Assembly (NCBI GenBank): GCA_963845565.1
Contig: CAWJSJ010000001.1
Span: 416,001 to 480,000 of the forward strand
DNA from: an uncultured Methylomirabilota bacterium
GTDB taxonomy: Bacteria; Methylomirabilota; Methylomirabilia; Methylomirabilales; 2-02-FULL-66-22
DNA length: 64,000 bases
Reading direction: 5' to 3'
Shown: positions 18,517-27,605 of the stretch, in pieces
How the letters are laid out: each line of letters begins with the position of its first letter
Numbering within the stretch: position 1 is the first letter of the stretch
Program-made: the position numbers and the translations under genes
The notes under the pieces: generated by a model
Seen by the model: only the letters and a program-made list of their open reading frames with translations
Databases searched by the model: none
What the model was told of the DNA's origin: nothing

Positions 18517-19596
18517 ATGCGCGCCCTGATCACGGCCGGCGGTCGCGGCACTCGGTTGCGGCCGCTGACGCACACCAGCAACAAGCACCTGATTCCGATT
18601 GCCAACAAGCCCATGATCCATTACGCCCTCGAAGCGGTGGCGGCGGCCGGGATCCGGGATGTGGGTATCGTCATCAACCCCGACACCGGCGACGACATCC
18701 GGAAGGGACTCGGGGACGGCAGCCGGTTCGGTCTCGCGGTGACGTACGTGATGCAAGCGGCGCCGCTCGGTCTGGCTCACGTGATCCGGGCGGCGGAGGC
18801 ATACCTCCAACACGAGCCGTTCGTGTTTTTTCTTGGCGACAACGTCGTGGTCGGGGGCATCCGGCAGTTCGTGGAGCGGTTCCAGGCACGGAAGGATCAC
18901 TGCCACCTGGTTCTGGCGCGTGTCCGGGAGCCTCAGCGGTTCGGGGTCGCCGAGGTCCGCGGGGATCGAATCGTCCGTGTGGTGGAGAAGCCGACGCAGC
19001 CGCCGAGCGACTTTGCCGTCACCGGGATCTATGTCTACGACACCCCGATCTTCGAGGCGGTGCACGCCATTCGTCCCAGCGCCCGCGGCGAGTTGGAGAT
19101 TTCGGACGCGCATCAATACCTCCTGGAGCACGGCTACCAGGTGGGGTTCTCGGAGATCACCGGCTGGTGGAAGGACACCGGGAAGCCGGAGGATCTGCTG
19201 GAGGCGAACCGGTTTGCCCTGGACCATCTGCTGGATGGGGTGGGGCCCGTGGTGCGGGGGTATGTGGATGCGGAGAGCGACGTGCAGGGCAAGGTGGTCG
19301 TGGAGGCCGGAGCGCGCGTGATCGCCAGCCACATCCGGGGCCCGGCTATCATCGGCGCGGATTGCGTCGTGGAGCGGAGTTATATCGGCCCCTTCACGGC
19401 GCTGGGACCGCGCTGCGTCATCCGGGATTCGGAACTGGAGTACAGCATCCTCTTCGAGGACACCCAGATCTTGGACGCCGACGTGCGGATCGAGCGGAGC
19501 CTGCTCGGGCGCGAGGTGCTCATTCGCCGCGCCCAGGGGCGGCCCAAGACTCAGCGGTTTGTCCTGGCCGATCAGAGCATCATCGAATTGTGCTAA
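18517..19596 (+). CDS. rfbA: Glucose-1-phosphate thymidylyltransferase, long form
   Basis: GGRGTRLRPLT, PSARGELEI and WWKDTG motifs. Confidence 0.92.
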   Translation: MRALITAGGRGTRLRPLTHTSNKHLIPIANKPMIHYALEAVAAAGIRDVGIVINPDTGDDIRKGLGDGSRFGLAVTYVMQAAPLGLAHVIRAAEAYLQHEPFVFFLGDNVVVGGIRQFVERFQARKDHCHLVLARVREPQRFGVAEVRGDRIVRVVEKPTQPPSDFAVTGIYVYDTPIFEAVHAIRPSARGELEISDAHQYLLEHGYQVGFSEITGWWKDTGKPEDLLEANRFALDHLLDGVGPVVRGYVDAESDVQGKVVVEAGARVIASHIRGPAIIGADCVVERSYIGPFTALGPRCVIRDSELEYSILFEDTQILDADVRIERSLLGREVLIRRAQGRPKTQRFVLADQSIIELC

Positions 19597-19699
19597 GCCG
19601 TTGTCAAAGAATAACGCGACCGGAGAAAGTCCGGGAACGGCATAAGGAGCCGTAACGAAATTGCAGAAAATGGCCAAGTTATTTCGTAACGGCTCCTAA
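19594..19699. repeat. Composite two-hairpin repeat, copy 3
   Basis: Begins at the rfbA TAA stop codon; same arms as copy 1. Confidence 0.9.
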
Positions 19700-19727
19700 G
19701 CGCCATCGAAGAAAGGGCCGTTTCATC

Positions 19728-20612
19728 ATGCGCATTCTGATCACGGGAGCCAACGGGCAGCTCGGCGTGGCGCTGTCGCAGGCCCTGGCCGGTCGCGCCG
19801 AGGTCGTCGGGTGTGATTTGCCGGCCTTCGATATCACGGCGGCGGACTGCGCCGCGCAGGTCGCGGCGGCTGCTCCCGATTGGGTCGTCCACGCCGCTGC
19901 CGCCACCGATGTGGACGGGTGCGAGAAGAATCCGGCCATGGCGGCGGCGGTGAACGCCGACGGCACGCGCCGGATCGCGGAAGGGTGCCGGCGGGCGGGA
20001 GCGGGTCTGGTGTACATCTCCACGGACTTCGTGTTCGACGGCGGACAGGCGATTCCCTATGTCGAGACGGACGCTCCGCGACCCCTGTCCGCGTACGGCC
20101 GCTCCAAGCTGGCCGGGGAGCAGGCAGTGCGCGAGGTGGCGCCTCGGTGGGCGATTGCTCGGACGGCCTGGCTCTACGGGGTGCACGGGCGAAACTTTGT
20201 CAAGACGATCGTGACCAAGGCAGCAGCGGGGGAGTCGCTCCGCGTGGTGGACGATCAGGTCGGGTCGCCGACGTACGCCGGGGATCTGGCCCGGGCGTTG
20301 GCGCAGTTGATGGCGGAGGGGCTGACGGGGGTGTTTCACTTGACCAACGCCGGATCGTGCTCCTGGTACGAATTCACACAGGAAATCCTGCGCCAGGCCG
20401 GGTTCGGTGCGACGCCGCTGGCACCCATGACGTCCCGCGAGTTGAATCGGCCGGCCGAACGCCCCGCCTATTCCGTGTTGGCGAACACGGCCTGGCGCGC
20501 GGCCGGCCATCCGCCTCTACGGCCCTGGCCGGACGCCCTGGGCGTGATGCTGGAGGCCTGGCGCGCGGCCGGAGCGTCCGCCGAGCCGGTGTTCCCGCAA
20601 CCGTCCAGATGA
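19728..20612 (+). CDS. rfbD: dTDP-4-dehydrorhamnose reductase
   Basis: GANGQLG, STDFVFDG, YGRSK and DDQVGSPT motifs. Confidence 0.95.
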   Translation: MRILITGANGQLGVALSQALAGRAEVVGCDLPAFDITAADCAAQVAAAAPDWVVHAAAATDVDGCEKNPAMAAAVNADGTRRIAEGCRRAGAGLVYISTDFVFDGGQAIPYVETDAPRPLSAYGRSKLAGEQAVREVAPRWAIARTAWLYGVHGRNFVKTIVTKAAAGESLRVVDDQVGSPTYAGDLARALAQLMAEGLTGVFHLTNAGSCSWYEFTQEILRQAGFGATPLAPMTSRELNRPAERPAYSVLANTAWRAAGHPPLRPWPDALGVMLEAWRAAGASAEPVFPQPSR

Positions 20613-20672
20613 TGCGTCGGGTCGCGGGGCGGCGCCGGGCATCGCGTGAACCGCCGAAACCCGGATGAGATT

Positions 20673-21701
20673 ATGACCTCTAACGCTGATCCCTCAGCCG
20701 GCCACGAGGCCGTTCACCGCGGTCTCCCGTATCTGTCCGTGGTCATTCCCGTGTACAACGAAGAGGCGACGCTGGAAGCGCTGTACGCGCGCCTGGCGCC
20801 CGTCCTGGAAGGGATCGGCAGGCCCTACGAAGTGCTCTTCGTGAACGACGGCAGTCAGGATGCGTCACTCGGGATCCTCCGCCGACTGCATGAACTGCAC
20901 CCGGTTGTCCGGGTCATCGCGTTGAATCGCAACTATGGCCAGCACGCCGCGGTGTTTGCCGGGTTGGAGTACGCGCGGGGTGCGGTGATCGTCACGCTGG
21001 ACGCGGATCTCCAGAATCCGCCCGAAGAGATTCCCCGGTTGGTTGCGGAAGTCGAGGCCGGACACGATGTGGTGGGAGGCTGGCGCCGCGACCGGCAGGA
21101 TCCGCTGCTTCGCCGCCTCCTTTCCCGCGGCATGAATCGGCTCACCTCGTACATGGTCGGGGTCCGCATGCGGGACTATGGGTGCATGCTTCGCGCCTAT
21201 CGCCGCGAGGTGGTGGACGTGCTGCGTGGGTGTCGCGAGATCTCCAGCTTCGTGCCCGCCCTGGCCAACAGCTTCGCGCGCTCGCCGGTCGAGATCGCCG
21301 TCGAGCACGCGGGTCGGACCGACGGGGGCTCGCGCTACCATGCCTTCCGCCTCATCCGTTTGGCGTTCGATCTGATGACGGGGTTCTCGCTGATCCCCAT
21401 CCAGGTCGTCAGTCTGGCCGGGATCGGGATCGCGCTGCTGGGGCTGGGTTTCGGCGGATTTCTCCTCGTCCGCCGGCTCTGGGTCGGTCCGGAAGTCGAA
21501 GGCGTGTTCACGCTGTTCGCCATCCTGTTCGTTTTTGTCGGCGTGCAGATCCTGGCGCTCGGGCTCATCGGGGAATACATCGGTCGCATCTACCTGGAGG
21601 TCCGCCGCCGGCCGCGTTACGTGATCCAGGAGGTCTACGACCACGCCCCTGCGACGACTTCCGGGTCAACAGGCGAGCGCGCCGATCCGCGCGGCGCATG
21701 A
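20673..21701 (+). CDS. GT2 polyprenol-phosphate glycosyltransferase (ArnC-like)
   Basis: VVIPVYNEE, DADLQNPP, DYGCMLRAY and GEYIGRIY motifs. Confidence 0.88.
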   Translation: MTSNADPSAGHEAVHRGLPYLSVVIPVYNEEATLEALYARLAPVLEGIGRPYEVLFVNDGSQDASLGILRRLHELHPVVRVIALNRNYGQHAAVFAGLEYARGAVIVTLDADLQNPPEEIPRLVAEVEAGHDVVGGWRRDRQDPLLRRLLSRGMNRLTSYMVGVRMRDYGCMLRAYRREVVDVLRGCREISSFVPALANSFARSPVEIAVEHAGRTDGGSRYHAFRLIRLAFDLMTGFSLIPIQVVSLAGIGIALLGLGFGGFLLVRRLWVGPEVEGVFTLFAILFVFVGVQILALGLIGEYIGRIYLEVRRRPRYVIQEVYDHAPATTSGSTGERADPRGA

Positions 21702-21714
21702 CCGAGGTCGAGGC

Positions 21715-22668
21715 GTGATCCTGGGCTTGCGCATTGACGTGTGCACGTTCGAGGGATTGCGGACCGGCGTGCCGGCCCTGCTGTCCCTGCTGGCGCGATT
21801 CGACGCGCGCGCGAGCTTCTTCGTGGCGCTCGGGCCAGATCGGAGCGGGCGCGCGCTCCTCCAACTCCTCCGCCCGGGTTTTGCCTCCAAGATGCGTCGG
21901 ACGCGGGCCGTTCGCACCTACGGATGGCGCACGATCCTCTCCGGGACGCTTCTGCCGGCCCGGCGTGCCGCCGACCTGGCCGAGATCGTTCGCGCCATCC
22001 CGGCGGCCGGACACGAGGTGGCGGTGCACGGCTACGACCACCGGCGCTGGCAAGACGGTCTGTTTCGCATGACCGAGGCGGAGGTCCGCCGCGAGATGGC
22101 TCAGGCCGTGGCGGTGTACGAACGCGTGGTCGGGCGCCGACCGGATGGCTTCGGCGCCCCCGGCTGGCAGTGCAGTCCCACCAGCCTCCGCGTGCTCGAC
22201 GAGTCGAGCTTTGCCTACGCCAGTGACACGCGGGGGAGGCAGCCGTTCTTCCCGTCTCTGCACGGATTAACGCTCCGGACGCTCCAGATTCCGACGACAC
22301 TGCCCACGCTGGACGAGGTGCTGGGTCTGGATGGCATGGACGGCGATGGGTTTGTCGGCCTGGTGAACCAACGACTGCGGCAGGACCCCTGGCCGGTTCT
22401 CACGCTGCACGCCGAGATGGAAGGGGGGCGTTTCCTGTCCGTCGCGGAGGCGTTGCTCGAGCGCTGGGGGGTGCAGGGGGTGCGCTGTCTTCCGCTGGCC
22501 GAGATGGCGACCAGAGTCCGCGCCGCCGGCGAAGATCGAATCCCGATTGCGGACATCGCGCCGCGTCCCATCAGGGGTCGCTCTGGATCTGTGGCCACCC
22601 CGCAAGGACTGGAGCCGACGAGCGAGGTCAGGGGCGCGGGCCGGCAGCGCGAGCCACGCCTCCGTTGA
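21715..22668 (+). CDS. ArnD-like deformylase / polysaccharide deacetylase
   Basis: LRIDV.T..G, GPDRSGR, PTTLPTLDE and HAEMEG motifs. Confidence 0.85.
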   Translation: MILGLRIDVCTFEGLRTGVPALLSLLARFDARASFFVALGPDRSGRALLQLLRPGFASKMRRTRAVRTYGWRTILSGTLLPARRAADLAEIVRAIPAAGHEVAVHGYDHRRWQDGLFRMTEAEVRREMAQAVAVYERVVGRRPDGFGAPGWQCSPTSLRVLDESSFAYASDTRGRQPFFPSLHGLTLRTLQIPTTLPTLDEVLGLDGMDGDGFVGLVNQRLRQDPWPVLTLHAEMEGGRFLSVAEALLERWGVQGVRCLPLAEMATRVRAAGEDRIPIADIAPRPIRGRSGSVATPQGLEPTSEVRGAGRQREPRLR

Positions 22669-22756
22669 ATCCCCCTCGAACCTTGGCCCGCGCTTCGTGA
22701 TGACGCCGAGCGCTTCCGGGTAACGTCGCGCCGTGTGGTCGGCGCGGCGTCGGGTG

Positions 22757-23071
22757 TCACACCAGGTCGCGGAGGGCCTGCGTGTATTCGTCGATCATCG
22801 GCTGGTGCCGATGGCGAGTGGCAGCGGTGAGGCCGTCCTGATACGCCGCACGGGCCCCCGCGACGTCTCCGATCCGCTCCAGGGACTGCGCCAAGAGTCG
22901 GTAGACCGCGCCTTCGTCCTGGGCAAGCTGGAGATACCGGCGGAGGGTGTGCACCGCCTCCGGGTACTTTTGCGCCTTGAAGTATTCATAGCCGAGCATA
23001 TAATGACTCGTTCCGTCGCTCGGATCCTGCGCGACCAGCGCGAGCAGCGCCTCTATTCTGGATGCCGTCAT
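22757..23071 (-). CDS. Small TPR protein
   Basis: Helical repeat pattern (DP.D...HY.LG.EY); AGGAGG ribosome-binding site. Confidence 0.75.
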   Translation of the reverse strand: MTASRIEALLALVAQDPSDGTSHYMLGYEYFKAQKYPEAVHTLRRYLQLAQDEGAVYRLLAQSLERIGDVAGARAAYQDGLTAATRHRHQPMIDEYTQALRDLV

Positions 23072-23198
23072 GGCCGTAAGACCTCCTGATGGACGCACGG
23101 TTCCTCTGCCGGATGATACGGGTCGGCGGGTCGAAGATCAAGACCGTGGGTCGGTCGGGCGCGGGGTGGCGGTGCGCGAGGCCGGGCGGAGAGCAAAC

Positions 23199-24350
23199 GT
23201 GTCCGCGCGCGGTGGCGAACGCCGGGGTCACACCAAGGCGGAATTGGCGGCGGCGCTCGAGGCGTTACGGGCGTACCACGAGGACCTGCTCTCCAGCCTG
23301 CAGGATGGGGTGATCATTCTCGATCGGGACAGTTGCATCGTCTCGGTGAACCAGGCCGCCGAAGAATTGACGGGATTCTCGCGTTCGCAGATCGCGGGCC
23401 GATCAATCGGCGAGGTGTTCGCCCCTCCGGCGCTTCTGTCCGCGCTGGCGGCCAAGACGGTCGCCAAGGGGCGCAGCCACACCGACTTCGATGCCCACGT
23501 GGTGCGGGCAGACGGGAGCCCGCTCACACTCAGCACGGTGGCCTCGCTGATGAGCGATCCGACCGGCGAGCAGCGCGGGGTGGTGCTGGTCCTCCGCGAC
23601 CTGTCCCGGGTCCGCGACATGGAGGAGCAGCTCCGGCGGTCTGAGCGTCTCGCGGCGCTGGGCGTGCTGGCCGCCGGGGTGGCGCACGAGGTGCGGAACC
23701 CGCTGGTGGGCATCCGGGCGGCGGCGCAACTCCTGGAGGGTGAGCCGAGTTTCGCGCCGTCCCTGCGGGAATTCACCGGGATCATCATCCGTCAGGTGGA
23801 TCGACTCAACCGGATCGTGGAGGATTTGCTCGTCTTTGCCGGCCAACGTCCGTTGCAGCGCCGGTCCTGCAACGTGAACCAGATCCTGGAGGAGGCCTTG
23901 CGGCTGGAGGAGCCGGCGCTTCAGGGCGGTCGCGTGACGGTTCTCCGGCGGTATGACCCCGAGGTGCCCGCCGTGGCCGGTGATCCGGACCGGTTGCTGC
24001 AGGTTTTTCTGAATCTGGTTCGTAACGGCGTCGAGGCGATGGCGGCCGGCGGAGGAGAATTGGCGGTCCGGACCCGGTTCGAGCGGGTGGCACCCCAATG
24101 CGGCGGGCGGTCGGCCGCGGTAGCGGAGATCTCCGATCGCGGGCCGGGGATTCCGGCGGAGGTCGAGCGGCAGCTCTTCAATCCCTTCTTCACCACCAAG
24201 GACACGGGGACCGGTCTCGGTCTCCCGATCTCGGTTCGGATTGTGGAAGAACACGGGGGCACGGTCGAGGTGCAGAGCCGTGTGGGGGACGGGACGACGT
24301 TCCGCGTTCTCTTGCCGCTGGCGGGGGACGACGAGGGGGCTTGCACATGA
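23199..24350 (+). CDS. ntrB: PAS-domain histidine kinase, NtrB-like (start uncertain)
   Basis: AHEVRNPLVGIRAAAQLL, NPFFTTK..GTGLGL; followed by ntrC next to amtB/glnK. Confidence 0.8.
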   Translation: MSARGGERRGHTKAELAAALEALRAYHEDLLSSLQDGVIILDRDSCIVSVNQAAEELTGFSRSQIAGRSIGEVFAPPALLSALAAKTVAKGRSHTDFDAHVVRADGSPLTLSTVASLMSDPTGEQRGVVLVLRDLSRVRDMEEQLRRSERLAALGVLAAGVAHEVRNPLVGIRAAAQLLEGEPSFAPSLREFTGIIIRQVDRLNRIVEDLLVFAGQRPLQRRSCNVNQILEEALRLEEPALQGGRVTVLRRYDPEVPAVAGDPDRLLQVFLNLVRNGVEAMAAGGGELAVRTRFERVAPQCGGRSAAVAEISDRGPGIPAEVERQLFNPFFTTKDTGTGLGLPISVRIVEEHGGTVEVQSRVGDGTTFRVLLPLAGDDEGACT

Positions 24351-25810
24351 CGGGAAAGCGCGTTCTGGTCGTGGACGATGAGGAAAGCGTTCGCTGGGCG
24401 CTCACCAAGGCCCTGGAGCGCGCGGGGTACGCCGTCGATCTGGCCGCCGACGGGCCGAGCGGAACCGTGGCGGCGGAGAGCCCGGCCGTCGATCTCGTGC
24501 TGCTGGATGTTCGACTCCCCGGGCGGGACGGCTTGGCAGTGTTGCGCGATCTACGAAAGCGCCGGCCGGACCTTCCGGTTATCATGATGACCGCCTACGG
24601 GACGCTGCAGGTCGCGGTCGAAGCCATGAAGCAAGGGGCCTACGACTACATCGGGAAGCCGTTCGACGTGGACGAGGTGCTCCTGGTGGTGGAGAAGGCC
24701 CTGGAGGCGCAAGCGCTGGCGCGCGAGGTATCCGAGCTTCGCCAGAAGGCCGAGGAACGGTTCGACCTCGGCGGCATCGTCGGGGGAAGCCCGGCCATGC
24801 AGCACATCTTCAAGGCCGTGGGCAGGGTGGCGGGGACCGATCTGACCGTCCTGCTCCGCGGGGAGAGCGGCACGGGGAAGGAGTTGATCGCCCGGGCCGT
24901 GCACGAGAACAGCCGGCGAAAGGGCCGGCCCTTCGTACCGGTCAACTGTGCCGCCATCCCACGGGAGCTCCTGGAGAGCGAGCTCTTCGGTCACGAAAAG
25001 GGCGCCTTCACAGGCGCCGTGGCGGCTCGGCGCGGCCGGTTCGAACAGGCGGACGGCGGGACGGTATTTCTGGATGAGGTGGGCGATATGGACCTCAGCC
25101 TCCAGACCAAGCTGCTGCGGGTCCTGCAGGAGCGGCGGATCGAGCGCCTGGGAGGGGAGGGGTCCATCCCCGTGGACGTCCGGATCGTGGCGGCAACCAA
25201 CCAGGACCTGGAAGCGGCCGTGGCCGTGCGCGCCTTTCGCGAGGACCTCTTCTACCGGCTCAACGTGATGTCGATTCACCTGCCGCCCCTGCGCGACCGG
25301 CGGGAAGACATTCCCGCCTTGGTGCACCACTTTCTGGCGGCATTCGGGCGCGAACAGCAGGCGCCGCCCAAGCTGTGTGCGGCGGAGGCGCTGGAATTGC
25401 TGTTGCTCTATGCGTGGCCCGGCAATGTCCGCGAACTGGAGAACGTGGTAAAGCGCGCGGCGGCGCTGACTCCCACGGCGCTCATCCTGCCAGATCAGTT
25501 GCCCGACGCGATCCGAAAGGGGGCGACCGCCGAGGCGGTGGCGGCCGGTCCCGTGGATTTTCCGGTGGAGTGGATGCGCGGCGAGATGTCCCGGCTCAAA
25601 GACACCGCGGACGGACGGCTCCATGCCCATTTTCTGGCCTGCGTAGAGCGGCCACTCCTGGCGTTGATGCTGCGCCGCACGGGCGGGAACCAGGTGAAAG
25701 CGGCCGAGATTCTGGGAATCAACCGCAATACGCTGCGAAAGCGGATCAGGGACCTCGCCGTGCCCCTGCCGGGGAAGGGCGCTGACGGGGTGACGGACGA
25801 CGGAGCCTAG
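24347..25810 (+). CDS. ntrC: Sigma54-dependent response regulator, NtrC-like
   Basis: Receiver domain, [14 protein letters not shown] and [12 protein letters not shown]. Confidence 0.85.
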   Translation: MTGKRVLVVDDEESVRWALTKALERAGYAVDLAADGPSGTVAAESPAVDLVLLDVRLPGRDGLAVLRDLRKRRPDLPVIMMTAYGTLQVAVEAMKQGAYDYIGKPFDVDEVLLVVEKALEAQALAREVSELRQKAEERFDLGGIVGGSPAMQHIFKAVGRVAGTDLTVLLRGESGTGKELIARAVHENSRRKGRPFVPVNCAAIPRELLESELFGHEKGAFTGAVAARRGRFEQADGGTVFLDEVGDMDLSLQTKLLRVLQERRIERLGGEGSIPVDVRIVAATNQDLEAAVAVRAFREDLFYRLNVMSIHLPPLRDRREDIPALVHHFLAAFGREQQAPPKLCAAEALELLLLYAWPGNVRELENVVKRAAALTPTALILPDQLPDAIRKGATAEAVAAGPVDFPVEWMRGEMSRLKDTADGRLHAHFLACVERPLLALMLRRTGGNQVKAAEILGINRNTLRKRIRDLAVPLPGKGADGVTDDGA

Positions 25811-26766
25811 TACTCGACCTTGACGCCGGCCACAGCCCAGACCTCGAAGCCCTTTCCGCCGGTGACATTTAGCCCATTGAGAGCATTGGCGTTCGGCGGA
25901 CCGGCCAGCAGCTTGTTGTTGCTCCCCAACCAGAGCAGGTGCGGGCCGCCGGAGAACGTCCACTTCCCGTACCGTGCGGGAACGAACCTCAATGGAACGT
26001 CCACTACGAACCCGAGATCGGCGAAGCCGAAGGTTTTGTCCGTCACTCCCGTTGCCGTGGCCACCTCGTAGTAATTATCGAGGCTGAGCCCCAAGACGAA
26101 GGGGAGATGGAATCGGGCCGACCAATTCTTGCTGAAGTCGACTGCGTACCCCGGGTCGATTCCGAACTCGAGGTAGATCCCGCGGTTGCCACCGTATGGG
26201 CTGGCCCCATCCGCACCCCCGGAAGTCTCGCCGGCGACGAGCATATAGGGAGTCAGGGCGAAATCCTGGTCGCCAGGCAACTTGAACGACCAGACGCCGC
26301 TGTCGTCGAAGCCCACCTTCCCGAAGACCTCCTGCACCTGCGCGGCCGAGCCGATGCCGGGATAGGCGTAGAGGTTCCAACCGCCTTCCAGTGTCAATCG
26401 TTTGAAGAAGACCAGACCGCCGGTCAGGTACAGGTCCTGCTCGTAGTAGTTGGTGCCGATGGGCGCCGCCACGGATTGGAAATGAGAGAAGCTAGCCGCC
26501 TTCACGTATCCTCCCGTGAGCACGTCCTTCTCGCTGCCCTCGTAGAGGTTGACCTTGAGTTCGAGATATGGCTGGAACTGGAACCCAGCATTGCTCTGCG
26601 CGATACCGCGGAAGTAATACGAGGTCGGGATGTTGAACACCCCGGTGAAGGAGAGGGCCCCGGTGTTCGGCGGCGGGGGCTCGTCTGCCGCCCACGCAGG
26701 AGCGCCCGTCAGTGCGAGGAGTGCCGCGAGGAGTATAACGGTGTAGCGCGACCACGTGAATGTCAT
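25807..26766 (-). CDS. Probable outer-membrane beta-barrel (porin-like) protein
   Basis: Signal peptide, Y.FRGI.Q motif, amphipathic strands and C-terminal VKVEY. Confidence 0.7.
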   Translation of the reverse strand: MTFTWSRYTVILLAALLALTGAPAWAADEPPPPNTGALSFTGVFNIPTSYYFRGIAQSNAGFQFQPYLELKVNLYEGSEKDVLTGGYVKAASFSHFQSVAAPIGTNYYEQDLYLTGGLVFFKRLTLEGGWNLYAYPGIGSAAQVQEVFGKVGFDDSGVWSFKLPGDQDFALTPYMLVAGETSGGADGASPYGGNRGIYLEFGIDPGYAVDFSKNWSARFHLPFVLGLSLDNYYEVATATGVTDKTFGFADLGFVVDVPLRFVPARYGKWTFSGGPHLLWLGSNNKLLAGPPNANALNGLNVTGGKGFEVWAVAGVKVEY

Positions 26767-26794
26767 GTCTGCTCCCTCTGCCTGAAGCGCGTGG

Positions 26795-26864
26795 AAAAAC
26801 GAGACGCCTGCGGGTTGCGAATCCGCAGGCGTCGTTGCCTCGGTGACGACCAACGGCGGTCGTC
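26795..26864 (-). promoter_or_regulatory. ANTAR-target dual hairpin overlapping an intrinsic terminator
   Basis: Minus strand: GACGACC-GCCGTT-GGTCGTC, then AGGC-AACGAC-GCCT overlapping GACGCCTGCGG..CCGCAGGCGTC-TCGTTTTT. Confidence 0.85.
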
Positions 26865-26908
26865 GGAGTCTGCTGCGACCGGAAGGGTAATCGTGCGCGC
26901 CCGTCCGG

Positions 26909-27499
26909 TCAGTGGGGCGCCATGCTCACCTCGGCGGACAGGATGATGGCCCGCGCGATCTCGGTCATGGGGCGCTGCGTGTCCATGCTCTTTCGGCGGA
27001 TACGGGCGTAGGCCTCGCGCTCGGAAAGTCGCCCCCCCTCCATCAGGAGGCCCTTCGCCCGCTCGATCACCTTTCGTGCCTCGACGCTCTGCCGCAGAAC
27101 GTCCAATTCCTGTCGGAGAGCCCTCAACTCCCGGAATCGACACACCGCAACCTCGAGCGTGCTGCGAAGCGTGGTTGCGCCAATCGGCTCTACCAGAACC
27201 CCCATGACGCCGGCCTGAGCGGCCAGGCCGAGCGGGACTGGTTCCAGGCCACCGGCTGCTACCAGGACGACGGGCACCCCGTGTTCGCCGGAGAGTCGAT
27301 CGGTCAGGCGCTCGCCCGATCCATTGCCGAGGGTTGCCGCAACCAGGGCCACATCAGGCGCCGTGTCGGCGGCGATGCGCACGGCGTCATCGGGCCCGGC
27401 AGCAAGACCGGCGATCCGGCAGTCCATCCCCCCCAGGCTTCGGGTGATCCGCGTTCGTCGGTCGGTATCCGGGTCCACCAGCAGAATTGAGAGTGTCAT
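26909..27499 (-). CDS. Pseudo-receiver-ANTAR antiterminator (NasT/AmiR-like)
   Basis: RKVIERAKGLLM..SEREAY..IRRKSMD..M.EIA ANTAR motif. Confidence 0.9.
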   Translation of the reverse strand: MTLSILLVDPDTDRRTRITRSLGGMDCRIAGLAAGPDDAVRIAADTAPDVALVAATLGNGSGERLTDRLSGEHGVPVVLVAAGGLEPVPLGLAAQAGVMGVLVEPIGATTLRSTLEVAVCRFRELRALRQELDVLRQSVEARKVIERAKGLLMEGGRLSEREAYARIRRKSMDTQRPMTEIARAIILSAEVSMAPH

Positions 27500-27605
27500 T
27501 GCCGGTATCCCTCTCTCGGGATATCTCCGTTGCGGGGAGTCGCAGGGAGGGCCGGACCCCACGGTCGGGGACGAGGCCCTCCCTCCCGACACGACGTGAG
27601 ACCGC

